Source: Octopus vulgaris
Lineage: Eukaryota
NCBI GenBank assembly: GCA_951406725.2
Contig: OX597821.1
Span: 39,122,001 to 39,186,000 of the forward strand
DNA: 64,000 nt
Reading direction: 5' to 3'
This document shows positions 39,895 through 52,077 of this stretch, piece by piece (the first letter of the stretch is position 1; the number at the start of each line of letters is the position of its first letter). A program made the position numbers and the translations under genes. The notes beneath the pieces were generated by a model. It did no database searches and had not been told where the DNA came from. It saw only the letters and a program-made list of their open reading frames with translations.

Positions 39895-41882
39895 TTAAAG
39901 GAGTAAAGAATTAGTTCAGGGTTAATTCAAATCCTTTATTTTTCTACCACACTACATATTGTTTACTTGTTTAATTTTCCTCATTTCTGCTAAGCCAGCT
40001 GTTTTTTGTCAGTTATAATATCATCTGCATATTTACTGCATTACTCATGCAGCTTATATAATTTATCTATTATTTATCTCGTACCAGCATCATATACTGT
40101 ACCAGCTGATTCAGATGACCATGTTCTTGCCATAGAAAAATTCTCCATATCCCAGTCAAATGAAATCAATATCAAGATCTTTGTTTCCTTGTGAATTGGC
40201 TGATTTTAGTAATGGTTTCTTGATTAAACACGAAGTGACAATTCACTATCAGTTTTGAAACTAATTGTACAATAATCTCTGATCTAAGTAAGATCAAACG
40301 ATCTTATAAAATCGAATTGATCTGTTAGTTTTATAGCCTTCAGTAAAAGGCAGCTTTTTAACAAGGAATCAACTGGAAACTTGAGACTGAAAGAAAATAA
40401 TAATAAATAGTGGAAGAAATTTCATTACCACTATTTTAAAAAAAAAAAAAAAAAAGAAAAAGAGTAATGATGTTGATGAGTAAAATAATAATAGTTATAA
40501 CAATAATGATGATGATAATGATGACGATGATGACAACAACGAGGAGAAAACCAATAATAGTGATAATAATAAATTACAGGAATGAAATAAAAAACAAGCA
40601 ACTTTTGAAATCTGATTAGGATTTGGTAATACCTTGGCTGAATATGTCTCTTTCATCATGTTGCACTAAATAGTTTGCAGGTTGAAAAACTAGCAAAACA
40701 TTTAATAGCATCGACAACAACAGCAACAACAACAGCAGTAGCAGCATCAGCAATAATATCAATTATATGAACATTTATCTCAAATTAACATGAAAGAATT
40801 GTGTTAAATGTAAAAAGAAAATTTACAAAAGAAAAAACAATAGCAACATTAGAATTTATGAGAGTGATTTAAAAATTTAATACTTTAAGTGTAAATTTTA
40901 ACTCATTTTGTGGTTGAACAACACTGAAATCTATCGTGAATACAGTTTCTCTAGAATATCTTGATGAAGAAAATTGTCTTTTTAGAGAGAGAATAATTAG
41001 ATTATTTTGTTAGACGAGGACACCTGTAAAGATTTCAGGCAAAATGAATGATGAGAAAAAAGTATATTTCAAGAGCATATTTTGAGTGTAGAATGACTGG
41101 ATGGTCACTCAAGAAGTTTGCTTTGTGACCATTTGATTCCTGGTTTGCTGGTTCAATCTCAAAGCTCAGCACCTTTGGTCTAACATAGGTTTGGCTTGTT
41201 AGTGAAATTTGATGGACAAAAGTGTGTGTAAGCTTGTTGATGATGAGGATGATATATATACATATGCAGAGGAACCTTGGTTTGTAAATTTAATTCATTC
41301 CTGAAAGCTGTTTGTCACATGGAATATTCATGAGCCAAAACTATTTTTCTCATTGAAAATACAAGAGAGGGCACAGCAAATTTGAGCAGGGATTTGCACT
41401 AAGCAGAAGCTGGGCAGCAATTGTAGCTCTCTCACTGATACTTCCAGCCTGTTGCCAACGATTGTTGCTGGCCTGTGTGTTTATTACTCAAGATACGATT
41501 CACTACTCAAAATATTTCATGTTCAAAAAATTGTTCATAAAATGATTTGGTCATGATGAGAGGCATTAGTAAATTGTGATTCCCCTGTATATGCATGCAT
41601 ATGTACGTGCACACACGCATACACATGCATGCATGCATATACACACACACAAACATGAAGTATGGAATCGGTCAATATACAATACTCTAGTTATCAAATA
41701 ACTCCTGTGAAAATTTGTATTGATCAAGTTCCATGCAAAATATCACTGCAGTTTATATGAAACTCAGAGTATTAAGAATTGATTAGTTCCACATTGTAAT
41801 TATAGAAATGTAGGATGTTATTTCTTGTTTCGTGACACTTATTCAACTACCTCTCTCGCTTTCTCTCTGTGTATGTTTGTAT

Positions 41883-41925
<43 letters not shown>

Positions 41926-41969
41926 GTAATGTATGTGTGTGTGTGCATATGTGTGCACGTACGTGCGCA

Positions 41970-42200
41970 TCACTATCATCATTTTCTGTGCTGGCATGGG
42001 TTGGATGGCCTCAGTGGATGATCTTGCATACCAAAGGGCTTCTCCAAGCACTACTCTCTGCTTTAGCATAATTTCTATGTCTGGATATCTTTCCTAATGT
42101 CACCCACTTTACAAAGTGTGAACTGGGTGCTTTTTATGTGGCACCAACATCAGTGAGGTTGCAAAATAACTTGCAAGGCAAGGACCTCTCAACAAGATGT
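41970..42200 (-). mobile_element. Old diverged family A-related RTE 3' end
   Basis: tgctggcatgggttggatgg..ctggatatctttcctaatgtcacccactttac..gggtgctttttatgtggcacc. Confidence 0.6.
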
Positions 42201-42489
42201 GGAGCAAGATTGAGGGAGGTGGCTTTGTATCAGGTGGCAAGAGGTTAGACTATGATAAAGGGACAGAAACATGTATCGTGCAGTAGAGGAGATACAAGGG
42301 TACTGTAAACAGAAAGAGAGAGAGAGATGGTAGTACCATGCTAAGGTTTAGCCCCCCAGATACAAGGAGGTGAATATCAGTGGTGTGGTACAGAAAATGG
42401 AGACAGGGTAAGTGAGCGGGGAGTTGTGTATGCAAAGGGTGAGATGGGAGGAAAAGGGGAATGCAATAATAGGATAGAAATCTATTTCC

Positions 42490-42500
42490 ATCTATCTATT

Positions 42501-42554
<54 letters not shown>

Positions 42555-42557
42555 CTA

Positions 42558-42612
<55 letters not shown>

Positions 42613-42769
42613 GTATATATATATTTATTTTATAGAAGGAGCTTCTACAGGACTAGAACTGTTTCATTCAAAAGAAATCATCAGGAATTAATTCTATAAA
42701 ATAAAATAATTTACTCTGCTATGTATTGAGTACCTTATTTACTGTGGTTAACCCCGACTCAACCCGGGA

Positions 42770-42821
<52 letters not shown>

Positions 42822-42830
42822 CATATATAG
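42490..42830. repeat. (TCTA)n/(TA)n microsatellites enclosing a ~150-bp insert with a short inverted repeat and a hammerhead-like remnant
   Basis: ttattttatagaa .. ttctataaaataa; minus strand CTGATGA-tttcttttgaat-GAAAC at ~42660-42684. Confidence 0.55.
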
Positions 42831-42837
42831 AGAAAGA

Positions 42838-43025
42838 AGAGTTGAAGAAAAAAAACAAAAGACAAAGACAAGTGGTGTAGAAAACAAACGGTTGTATTAG
42901 TATAATGCTCAGGAATAGAAAAAGTCTTTTACATTTCGAGTCTACGCCCTTCTACAGAAAGGGACACAGAAAAAAAAACAAGGAGAGAAAAAAAATGTGT
43001 GTAGTGGCTCCCGATCTATCATATA
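42838..43025 (-). mobile_element. Second copy of the Penelope-like repeat seen at 24250
   Basis: Aligns with 24260-24435; minus-strand motif cttt-CTGTAGA-agggcgtagactc-GAAA-tg-TA-aaag; flanked by (TA)n. Confidence 0.65.
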
Positions 43026-43062
43026 TTATATATATCTATATGATAGATCTATATGATCTATC

Positions 43063-43125
<63 letters not shown>

Positions 43126-44281
43126 GATATATATAAATAAACACACACACATATATAACAACATTAACTGAAGGATCCATTAATACCTTTTAGTAGAGAA
43201 TCATATAATTTTTTTCACTTGGAAAAGCTTCATAATTCCTTTGAGAGTTTCGACAAGGTTGGACCTGTAGATCCCAGTTACATTCTATCCAGTGGTCTTC
43301 CACACTGTTTCTTTCAACCCAATTTCCTTAATATGGCTTCTTTTTTTTTTTTTGAGCTGAAGATATGATCAAATACATTTAGCCAATATGCCCAGTTGCT
43401 GTATTGAGCATGAGACCTCATTTGTGAGAAGTGAATTTGTTAAGCATTTAGTAGTCATTGTGGAACTATGCTAACTCTATTATAGTAAGGTGTTGTGATC
43501 TATATTTATTGTTGCTGAGCAACAGAAGTCATTTCTAAGGACTTGTAAGTTAGAATGAACTAATATAAACTTGTTAAAAGCAAGAACAGCTTAAAAAGTG
43601 ACAAATGTCATATCCTATTGCTGGAAGGTAAAATTCTTCAAGTTGCTGATGATCTTTAGAGAAAATAAATAAATGATTTCTATATTTCCATTTTTAATCA
43701 TGATCACATGTGAGTTGATAAAGCAGTATAGCATCTGTGATATTGGCTGATGTGTGCAGGGGTGGTGGGCATGGGGACAACGCTTCTTTAGATTTAAAAT
43801 GAATAAATCATATATGAGGGCTTAAGAAGTGTCATGAAAATTCACAAGAGAGTGCATGATGCAAGAGAACAGGTTTGATAAGGGAAGAACTAGTAAAGGC
43901 TAATTACTGAACAGCATGCTTCACAAAAGAGAGAACACAGGGTCAAGATGATTGTACGGAGGCTGTAAAAGCGAACCAGCTAATCCAGATCAGCTTGAGA
44001 AAATGAGATTACTGTGTTCATAGCACTTCTCATCTCTTGCTTCAACAACATGTATATTTCTATGGTTCTAATTGCAAATAATATCTCAAGGTGGAATAGC
44101 TAACCAGATTAGGAATGCTAAATTAATAAATGTCTTGTGAGCTTGCTGGTTATGGATCCTTTTGAAGATTTGGGTCAAGAGAGAAATGCTTACAATACCG
44201 CTCTGCTTACAGTTCTCTTATCAATATTCTTCTGAAAGCAAATGCAAAAGTTACTTTTACAGACACACACACTTCTGTACA

Positions 44282-44317
<36 letters not shown>

Positions 44318-45688
44318 TGTACATGTGTGTGTACTCATGCATGCACATATACATGCAAGTGCACAAATGGATGGAAGTAGATCTCAATACATGTAGTTGG
44401 AGCTTTATTTATTGAGTAACAGGTTGATTTAGCTCCTCATATTATTTAAGGTCTTACGGACTGGAAATCAGTCCTCAGACAATCAGAAGCATAGAAAAGG
44501 AAACATTATGATTGCTTCTGTCTTAGATTCTCATTGGTCAGTTTATCTCGCTTCAATGATGATTTATCAGTAACAGGAAGTGGATTTGGTTCACTCTCTG
44601 CATCTGTTGAACCTAGGAACGTTAACGATTTTAATTATTACATCTAAAATTGATTTCTTTTGAATATTCATGAAGTCTATGTTGGGGAGTAATACAGTTG
44701 ATCCATGGTGTTATTCGAACTTGGAACATAGAAGTGTAATACTCAACGATGTAAGCCATTTTGGCTTGGTTCTTTACTATTTATACCAATTTAGTATTTT
44801 ACCGACTATGAACAAATGTCTAAGACACGAATAATTTGTGATGTAAGATGACCTAAACTCATCTTACTTGGAGAGACCCATTCATCCTTCACAGTCATAA
44901 AACCACATTTAATATTAATTTCCTATTGGAGAAAATGGCCTATAATTAACTTTAATAGTGCTATAATAACTTTGAAATAATATGCCTTTTCCGATGACAA
45001 AAACTAGAGATTTACCATATTCAAGAATATGACATATTTAGTTATAAAGAGCATCTTATTCTATGATTACTGGCTGTGTCTAATTATTTAATTAATTGCT
45101 TTGAGATAAATTAATCATCAGCATTTATTTCACAAAGTAAACCCCTCTTGCCTATTGAGTTTACATTTTGGAAAAGATGGATTTCTTTCTCATCCTTGTT
45201 GAGTTGACAATATGTTACCAGTAATATCTAAGCAATATAAAGTCACAAACATACTCCAGCCTCTGGCCTACAGTTGTCTTGTCTTTGTTTCCTGCCTTTT
45301 CTTCTACCATTCAGTAGTCCATTCTTTTAAAGCTTCTTTGATTTCAAACCACCTGCAGTCAAGTATTTCTGACCTACTTACCTCTCCTCCTCTCATCACC
45401 ACTGTTGTTCTCCCATTTCTTATTTGACTCCCACATTAATCCCTTCCTTCCTTCTTTCCTAGAACATCATTCCTTTTAAGGAATCTCCTTCTCTGCTTGT
45501 GTCTTTTCTGCAGGTGCTGACTGGCAAAGATTTAAATGGAACCTTAATGACATCGAACTCACTAGGTTAGGAGGAACTATGAAGGACGTGGGGAATGTCC
45601 TTTCATCTATGACCAGCCAGTAAAAAACAAAAATCACATCTCACTCTCCACTGCAAAAGAAAGAAACAAACATTTCCTTACTTCCCAT

Positions 45689-46580
45689 ATATGAAGCAGT
45701 ACAAAAAAGTTCCCAGTTATGTTTGATAACAAATAACTTATTTACCTAAATTTTAACCTCATCTCCTTTAAAAGAGTCACCTTGCACAGCAATACACTTG
45801 TCCCAGCGTCCCTGTCACTTTTGGAATCTGGTTTGGAAGTCGTTTTCTGTAAGTGAATTGAGGACCTTCTGCAATTCACTCTTGATCACAACAACGGTGT
45901 TAAAATGGTGACCTTTGAGCTGTATTTTCATCTTGGGGAAGAGATGGAAGTCTGCAGGTGCTAAATCTGGTGAATAGGGCGGGTGCAGAAGGGATACCAT
46001 GTTGGCTTTTGGCAAGAAACTCACGAGTGAGGAGGACTCGGTGACAGAGTGCCTTGTCATCGTGAAGAATGCAATTCTTCACGCTCCAGTTGCTTTTGCT
46101 GAATGTTTTCCCTCAAATACTTCAAAACATTGTTGATTGTCCTCTATTGATCCTCAGGCACAAGCTGAAGAATTTTCTCCACATTTCTGTGGATGATGCT
46201 CTTGGCAGGTCTTCCAGATTGTTCATCGTCACCCAGGGACGTTCTTCTGCTTTTGAAGCATCCATGTCATTTGAAACATTGCACATGACCCATTGCCTCA
46301 TCACCGTAAGCTTACCAAAGCATGCTCAATGTCGCTGTAGCAGACTTCCCAAGTTTTGGCTCTTTGTTCCAACTTCCTGTCCATGACAAAATCGCAGACT
46401 ACAGCATACACATGATCCCCCAAAACACAAGTTTCATGACTTCTGAAGTAAACACAGTGATGTCACTCAACACACCACCTCACGAAGACCACTGCTAGCT
46501 CTCACTGTACACGCAACCGTGTGCTGCCATATGTTGGTGCACTACAGAACTTGTCTGGCAACTATTTAATACTAACTTGT
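45689..46580 (-). mobile_element. Internally deleted mariner element with degenerate TIRs
   Basis: N-terminal LGKSATATLSML..AYGDEAM..FKSRRTSLGDDEQSGRP joined to C-terminal ILHDD..LLHPPYSPDLAPADFHLFPKMKIQLKG; ends tatgaagcagtacaaaaaagttccc / ggcaactatttaatactaacttgt. Confidence 0.9.
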
Positions 46581-46817
46581 TGACAAAATTAGTTCCTTGA
46601 TTTTTCTTCATTAGAGATATTTATCAATGTTTAAGCAGATCAGTGAATATTTACAACTCACTCTCCCAGCTAAACCCATTGGAAGATATAAATTCTGCAT
46701 TATAAAGTTTTGTTGCTGTTGAGGTTCCAATAAAAGGTCAGGGTTGCAATTTGGATTTTATATATTTTATATAGGATGTTTAACGCTACTATTATCTTTC
46801 AGGAAAGACTCTCTTTA

Positions 46818-47201
46818 TCTCTCTCTATATAAACGGCAGTTTGTCTGTGCGTGTTTCTGTGTGTCTGTTTGCTTGTACCCTCACCCTGACCACGGCTTTC
46901 AACCGATTCTGATGAAACTTGACACACACATAGCCCAATGTCATAATTCAAAACTAACGCAGCGAAAATTTTGAAAAGTTCCCCCAGTTCTGAAAAAAAT
47001 CGATAAATTCGACATGGGGTCGAGAATCAGGAACACAAACCACAAACTGTGTAGGGGACGCAACTCCACCTTTTTTAACTATCAAAAAAATTTTACCATA
47101 ATTTTTTTCCATTTTTTTGCTGTTTTTTGGCTATAACTCTCTAAAAATGCTTTATAGTTATTTCCCTTACAAACCTGAGCAACGCCGGGCGATACTGCTA
47201 G
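46818..47201 (+). mobile_element. Non-autonomous Helitron
   Basis: 5' A|TC start (tctctctctatataa), subterminal GC hairpin cctgagcaacgccggg, 3' CTAG|T end; no TSD or TIR. Confidence 0.8.
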
Positions 47202-49158
47202 TCAAATATAAGATAGGAAATAACCTAAGAGTTTGGAAGAAAAGTGTTATAATTGGCAGGTTAGTATGGTGTGTTGTGACATGCCACATAAAACCATACA
47301 CACATAAAATCATCTTCACTTAGGAAGTACATTTAATCACTGAATATTATTATGGAAGCATTGAAAAGTGAGGGAATAAATAATAATTGTGATTATTCTA
47401 CATATATATATATCATATTTCTGTGAATTCTATATTGGAAGCAATAATTGAATTGTCAGTAAAAGTACATCTGTATTGTAACACGGTAACCAATGCCGTG
47501 GATTTGAAAACATTTTATGAAAACTTTTGTAATATAATATTATGTAAAGTTATAAATTTAATCAGATACTCTGCCATTAGAGCAAATATTTTCACAAATT
47601 TTATAGTGTAATATTGTATCGCTCCCATTCTCTGATAAATCAATACTGGAATAATTAAAACCATTTCTTAATACTCTTATTGTTAGATCCTTGTCTCATA
47701 CTCAAAAAATATGGAAATGCTCCTACGTTTGAATCTTTTTTCACTGACACAAATTCAAGAACCAGGAAATATTTCCCTAAATCTCTGTATAATCATAATG
47801 GTTCTTTATTTTGGGACAAGAGCAGAAATTTTGAAAAAAAGGGTGAGTCAATATAATCAATCCCAGTCACTGATTGGTTCTTTATTTTATTAACGCGGAA
47901 AGGATGAGAGCAAAGTTGACGTCAACAGGACTTGATCTTAGAATGTAAAAAACACATCAAATTAGTTGTCCAAGCTCTAATGATTCTGCTAGCTTACTTC
48001 AATATAGTAATTCTAAAACTTTTATTTTTACTGACCCCATACAGGGCAAACTGCATAGATAACCCTTGCAGGGTTTGAACTGAAAGACTGATAGTCACAT
48101 ATATCTATATTTATAAAAGGTAACAGATGAAAATAGTGAGAAACTAATCAGGCGTTCAGGTGTTACATTGGTTTTGCCAATTTATGGCCCACTGGAATAA
48201 TATTGATTAAAGGAAACATTTCTAGCTTTATCATTTTGTGTTTATACCTTTTATGTCCGTATTTCTTTATTTGAAAAATAGGATGAGTTTTTGACATTTG
48301 AATCCAATGTTCTTGGTAGAGTTCTTGATGTAGTCATTGTAAGTCAAGCATGCATGTGCAAATATGTTCACACACGTTGGTATTTGTTTATGTGAGGCAT
48401 GAATGTATGTAAATGTATATATATATATGTACATATATATATATATGTACATATATATGTGTGTGTATATATATTTATATATCTTTGTATTTCTTCCTGT
48501 GTATCCATACATACACACATGTATGCATTTATGTATGTGCATGAATATATATGTATATTTATATATATTTATATATATTATATCACACAAATGTGGCAAA
48601 GTCAAAAAGTTCTGGTAATTTATGGATCTAGCTGACCCAAAGTGCATTGATTTTTGTCAAAGCTAAAGTTGCATTGTTTTCTGCTGGCTTCGGTTTGAAT
48701 GTATTGGTTGCAGCATGAAGGGAGGATTGAATGATTGAATACATCTCTAGAAGAATGTCTTGTAACCCATAATGAATCCTTCAATAATAACCAAAGAATA
48801 TTGTTCTAAAAGTAAACCTGTTGATTATATTTTATCCCTCTCCATTTTATTGATTCCTAAATTGAAATTCCGGGTGAAAAGAGTTAAGTCATGTGGAATG
48901 AGTTTGCCAGCTATAGACTTTGTGTTACCATCTTGAGTCTTCGGGGGTCAACTACAATTGCAACTTTGCGTTGCCTTCCACCTTCTTGTGTGTTGTTGAA
49001 TGAGATGAGGTTTGTATAGAGTTTGCAACGATGTGACCCCAAAGTATACATTGTTACATCTGCTTCATCAGTGTGCTCATTGTGTACAACATAAGGAACT
49101 GATGCCATAACCATTTCAATTCTGTATTACTGAGATAAGGAATTTACATTATGTCTGC

Positions 49159-49492
49159 TGTTTATATTAGTCGGAATGGTGTCTTCATCTTCATTCTTTT
49201 ACAATGTTTTGACTGTTTCACAGCCTTCTTCAGGTGTCTTGTGTTAAAGTCTATTGTTCAGTTGCAAGCAAGGCCTCATGGTAATTAACATAATTCAACT
49301 GAACTAAAAGATGTCTCAAAAAGTAGAGAGTACAATGTACCCCTATAGAACAAATAAAGGGTTAGTTTTGAAATTCCAATACAACAACCAAGTCCAACAT
49401 GAGACCCCTGAAGGAGGCTGGAGCATAATACAGCTGAAAGAGAGTGAAAGCAACAATCAAGATGGGGAGACCAGCCTGTCTAGTATAAATAG
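49159..49492. mobile_element. Old Penelope-like fold-back element (diverged inverted arms with hammerhead remnants)
   Basis: 49159-49245 is a diverged reverse complement of 49398-49492; the right arm has CTGAAGG-aggctg..cagct-GAAA. Confidence 0.5.
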
Positions 49493-49920
49493 TTGAACAA
49501 AATCATTTCATTGTTTATCAGTTGTTCAGTTTATCAGATTGTGAAAACCTATTTTAAACTACTTATGTTTTTATAAACCAGCCTCCTTCAAATGTAGGAC
49601 TTGGAAGAGAAGTACTTTTCAGCCTTTTTTCTGGGGCTTGCAGACCACAGTTGCTACCACTGAACACTTGAATAATCAAAATGAGAGTATCAGTTTGGAG
49701 AGTATCACTTTTGCTGATGCTCACAAGAAGCCTTGAATTAAGGACAGCAAGACGACAAAAGCATGCTGAAATTTTATAGCATTGCAACTGGTTCCAGCAA
49801 TGAACAATGACCATTCTGTGGAAACTTTACAATGAGTGTGATGGACTGTTGGAAATCAGTGTCTTGGGTATGGACTACAGCAACAAGAAGAAAAAGAAGA
49901 AACAAACTATGTAAGGTGTT

Positions 49921-50149
49921 GGTGGCGAGCTGGCAGAAACGTTAGCACACCGGGCGAAATGCTCAGCAGTATTTCATTTGCCGCTAAGTTCTGAGTTCAA
50001 ATTCTGAGGTCGACTTTGCCTTTCATCCTTCCAGGGTCGATTAAATAAGTACCAGTTACGCACTGGGGTCAATATAATCGACTTAATCCGTTTGTCTGTC
50101 CTTGTTTGTCCTCTCTATGTTTAGCCCCTTGTGGGTAGTAAAGAAATAG
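49921..50149 (+). mobile_element. Family B SINE
   Basis: ggtggcgagctggcagaaacgttagc..gagttcaaattc..gactttgcctttcatcc..aaagaaatagg. Confidence 0.9.
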
Positions 50150-51128
50150 GTTTAGATCAAGTATTTATAACATGTAATACAGTTAATCCTTTTAGTGCTA
50201 GGGATCACTAAGTTAAAGATGAAGCCATCTTCATCTATTTTTGTCATATTGTACTGTGGAAGAACCTAAGTGAAAGTTCTTGCTTTATCTTGTTGTTACC
50301 AATATAATTCCTATGCAAAAATTCTCTAACCAACTTTTTTAGTGACTTTTTTATTTATTATGTGGTCAATAGGCTAGAACTAGTAGTACCATTCATAGTA
50401 GCTCATCCCAGAATAAAACTGATCTAAAATTTCTGTTCACTTGGAACTTTACTCCAAATCTGGTGCAGATGTGGAAGCTTTGTAGAATGTTTCAATTTGC
50501 TACTTATTCAGTTTTACTTAATGTGGTCAACAACAGTTAGAAGAAGGCTTGTAGGTTGATTAAGAAATAGCATTTGAGAATGATGTGACATAATTACGTA
50601 CATTCAAAGACTATAAAAGATGAGGCAGCACTAATAAAATGGTATGTAATATGACAGGGTGTTATTGATGTATTGCTAGTGATGAAAGGAAGAGGGTGGT
50701 GGAGATGGTATTAGATGTAATTAAGTAAAACCTGTTGTTATGAAGTAAGAGATAAGTACCTGGATCATCTCTCATAGGGCAAAACAAATAATATTGGATC
50801 TTTTTATTGAATCCATTGATTTCTCTGCTTGAGTTGATGTTTTTAGTTGAATGTTAAGGTAACCAACCAATCAAGCAACATTCAACCAGTCCGTTAGTCA
50901 TTTATGTTCAGCAAATTCTTGGTGGGGCTATATCATTCAGATATTTAGAATATAAAACATTGATTTTTGAAATGGGGACAAGTTTGTTGCGGTAGATGTG
51001 TACCCTACATAGAACTGGTTGTGTAAAACTCTCCAGAAATCCCTTTGTTGTTCTTTCGCTGGTTTCATAACCAGCATCTCGTCTAGTAATTGATTCTATT
51101 GACACACAGAACGGTATTGAAGCCTCAG

Positions 51129-51359
51129 GCGGCGAGCTGGCAGAAACGTTAGCGCGCCGGACGAAATGCTGAGCGGTATTTCGTCTGCTGCTACGTTCTG
51201 AGTTTAAATTCCGCCGAGGTCAACTTTGCCTTTCATCCTTTCGGGGGTCGATAAGTTAAGTACCAGTTACGCATTGGGGTCGATGTAATCGACTTAATAC
51301 CTATGTCTGTCCTTGTTTGTCCTCTCTGTGTTTAGCTCCTTGTGGGTAATAAAGAAATA
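51129..51359 (+). mobile_element. Family B SINE, young, with perfect 16-bp TSD
   Basis: GGTATTGAAGCCTCAG at 51113-51128 and 51360-51375; CpGs largely retained. Confidence 0.95.
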
Positions 51360-52041
51360 GGTATTGAAGCCTCAGAAAGTAACTGGACTTTGACAATGTT
51401 TCTTTAGTTGAGGATGAGTATTTGGTAGAAATAAAATCAATAATTTAAAAACAGTAAATGGATTTCTCATTTCATATATTGCCTAACATTTGATGCAGTG
51501 GTTTTAAACAGAGGTGATGATGATGGTGGTGGTGGTGGAAAGTATAAAAGACTTTTTCATGAAATTAACGTGAAATTAACATGAAATTAACGTGAAAAAC
51601 GTTGATGTCATCTGAATTTATTCATTTGATGGAAAATCTGTTAAGAATCAAAATTGTGAATGATTTTTCATATAGGGGAAACGAAAACAATTGGAAAATA
51701 TTCAGTTTTTCACTTCTCAGATTTAAGAACAACCCTAAAGACAAGAATAAAATAGAAAGTGTGGTGAGAAAAAGTTAGACTTTACCAGCAATGGAGCTCT
51801 TCTTATTCATATACAATACTAATTAGTTAATTAACAGTGTTTATTCTAGTATTTTCTTTCATATAGCATTAGCTGGTTTACAGACCTTCTCTACATAAAA
51901 TTTCTTTCAGAGGCAATACTCCTCTGTACATGATTTATCTGTCTGTCTGTCTATCTATCTATGTAACTGTTTGTCTCTCTATCTATTTATTTATCTATCT
52001 ATCAGTCTGTATGTCTGTCTTACTTTCTCTCTCTATCTCTA

Positions 52042-52077
<36 letters not shown>

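Noticed and set aside
45514-45565. Possible 52-nt exon after a strong acceptor
   Set aside because: Weak donor (GTTAGG), not frame-preserving, peptide unrecognisable, and no partner exons found.
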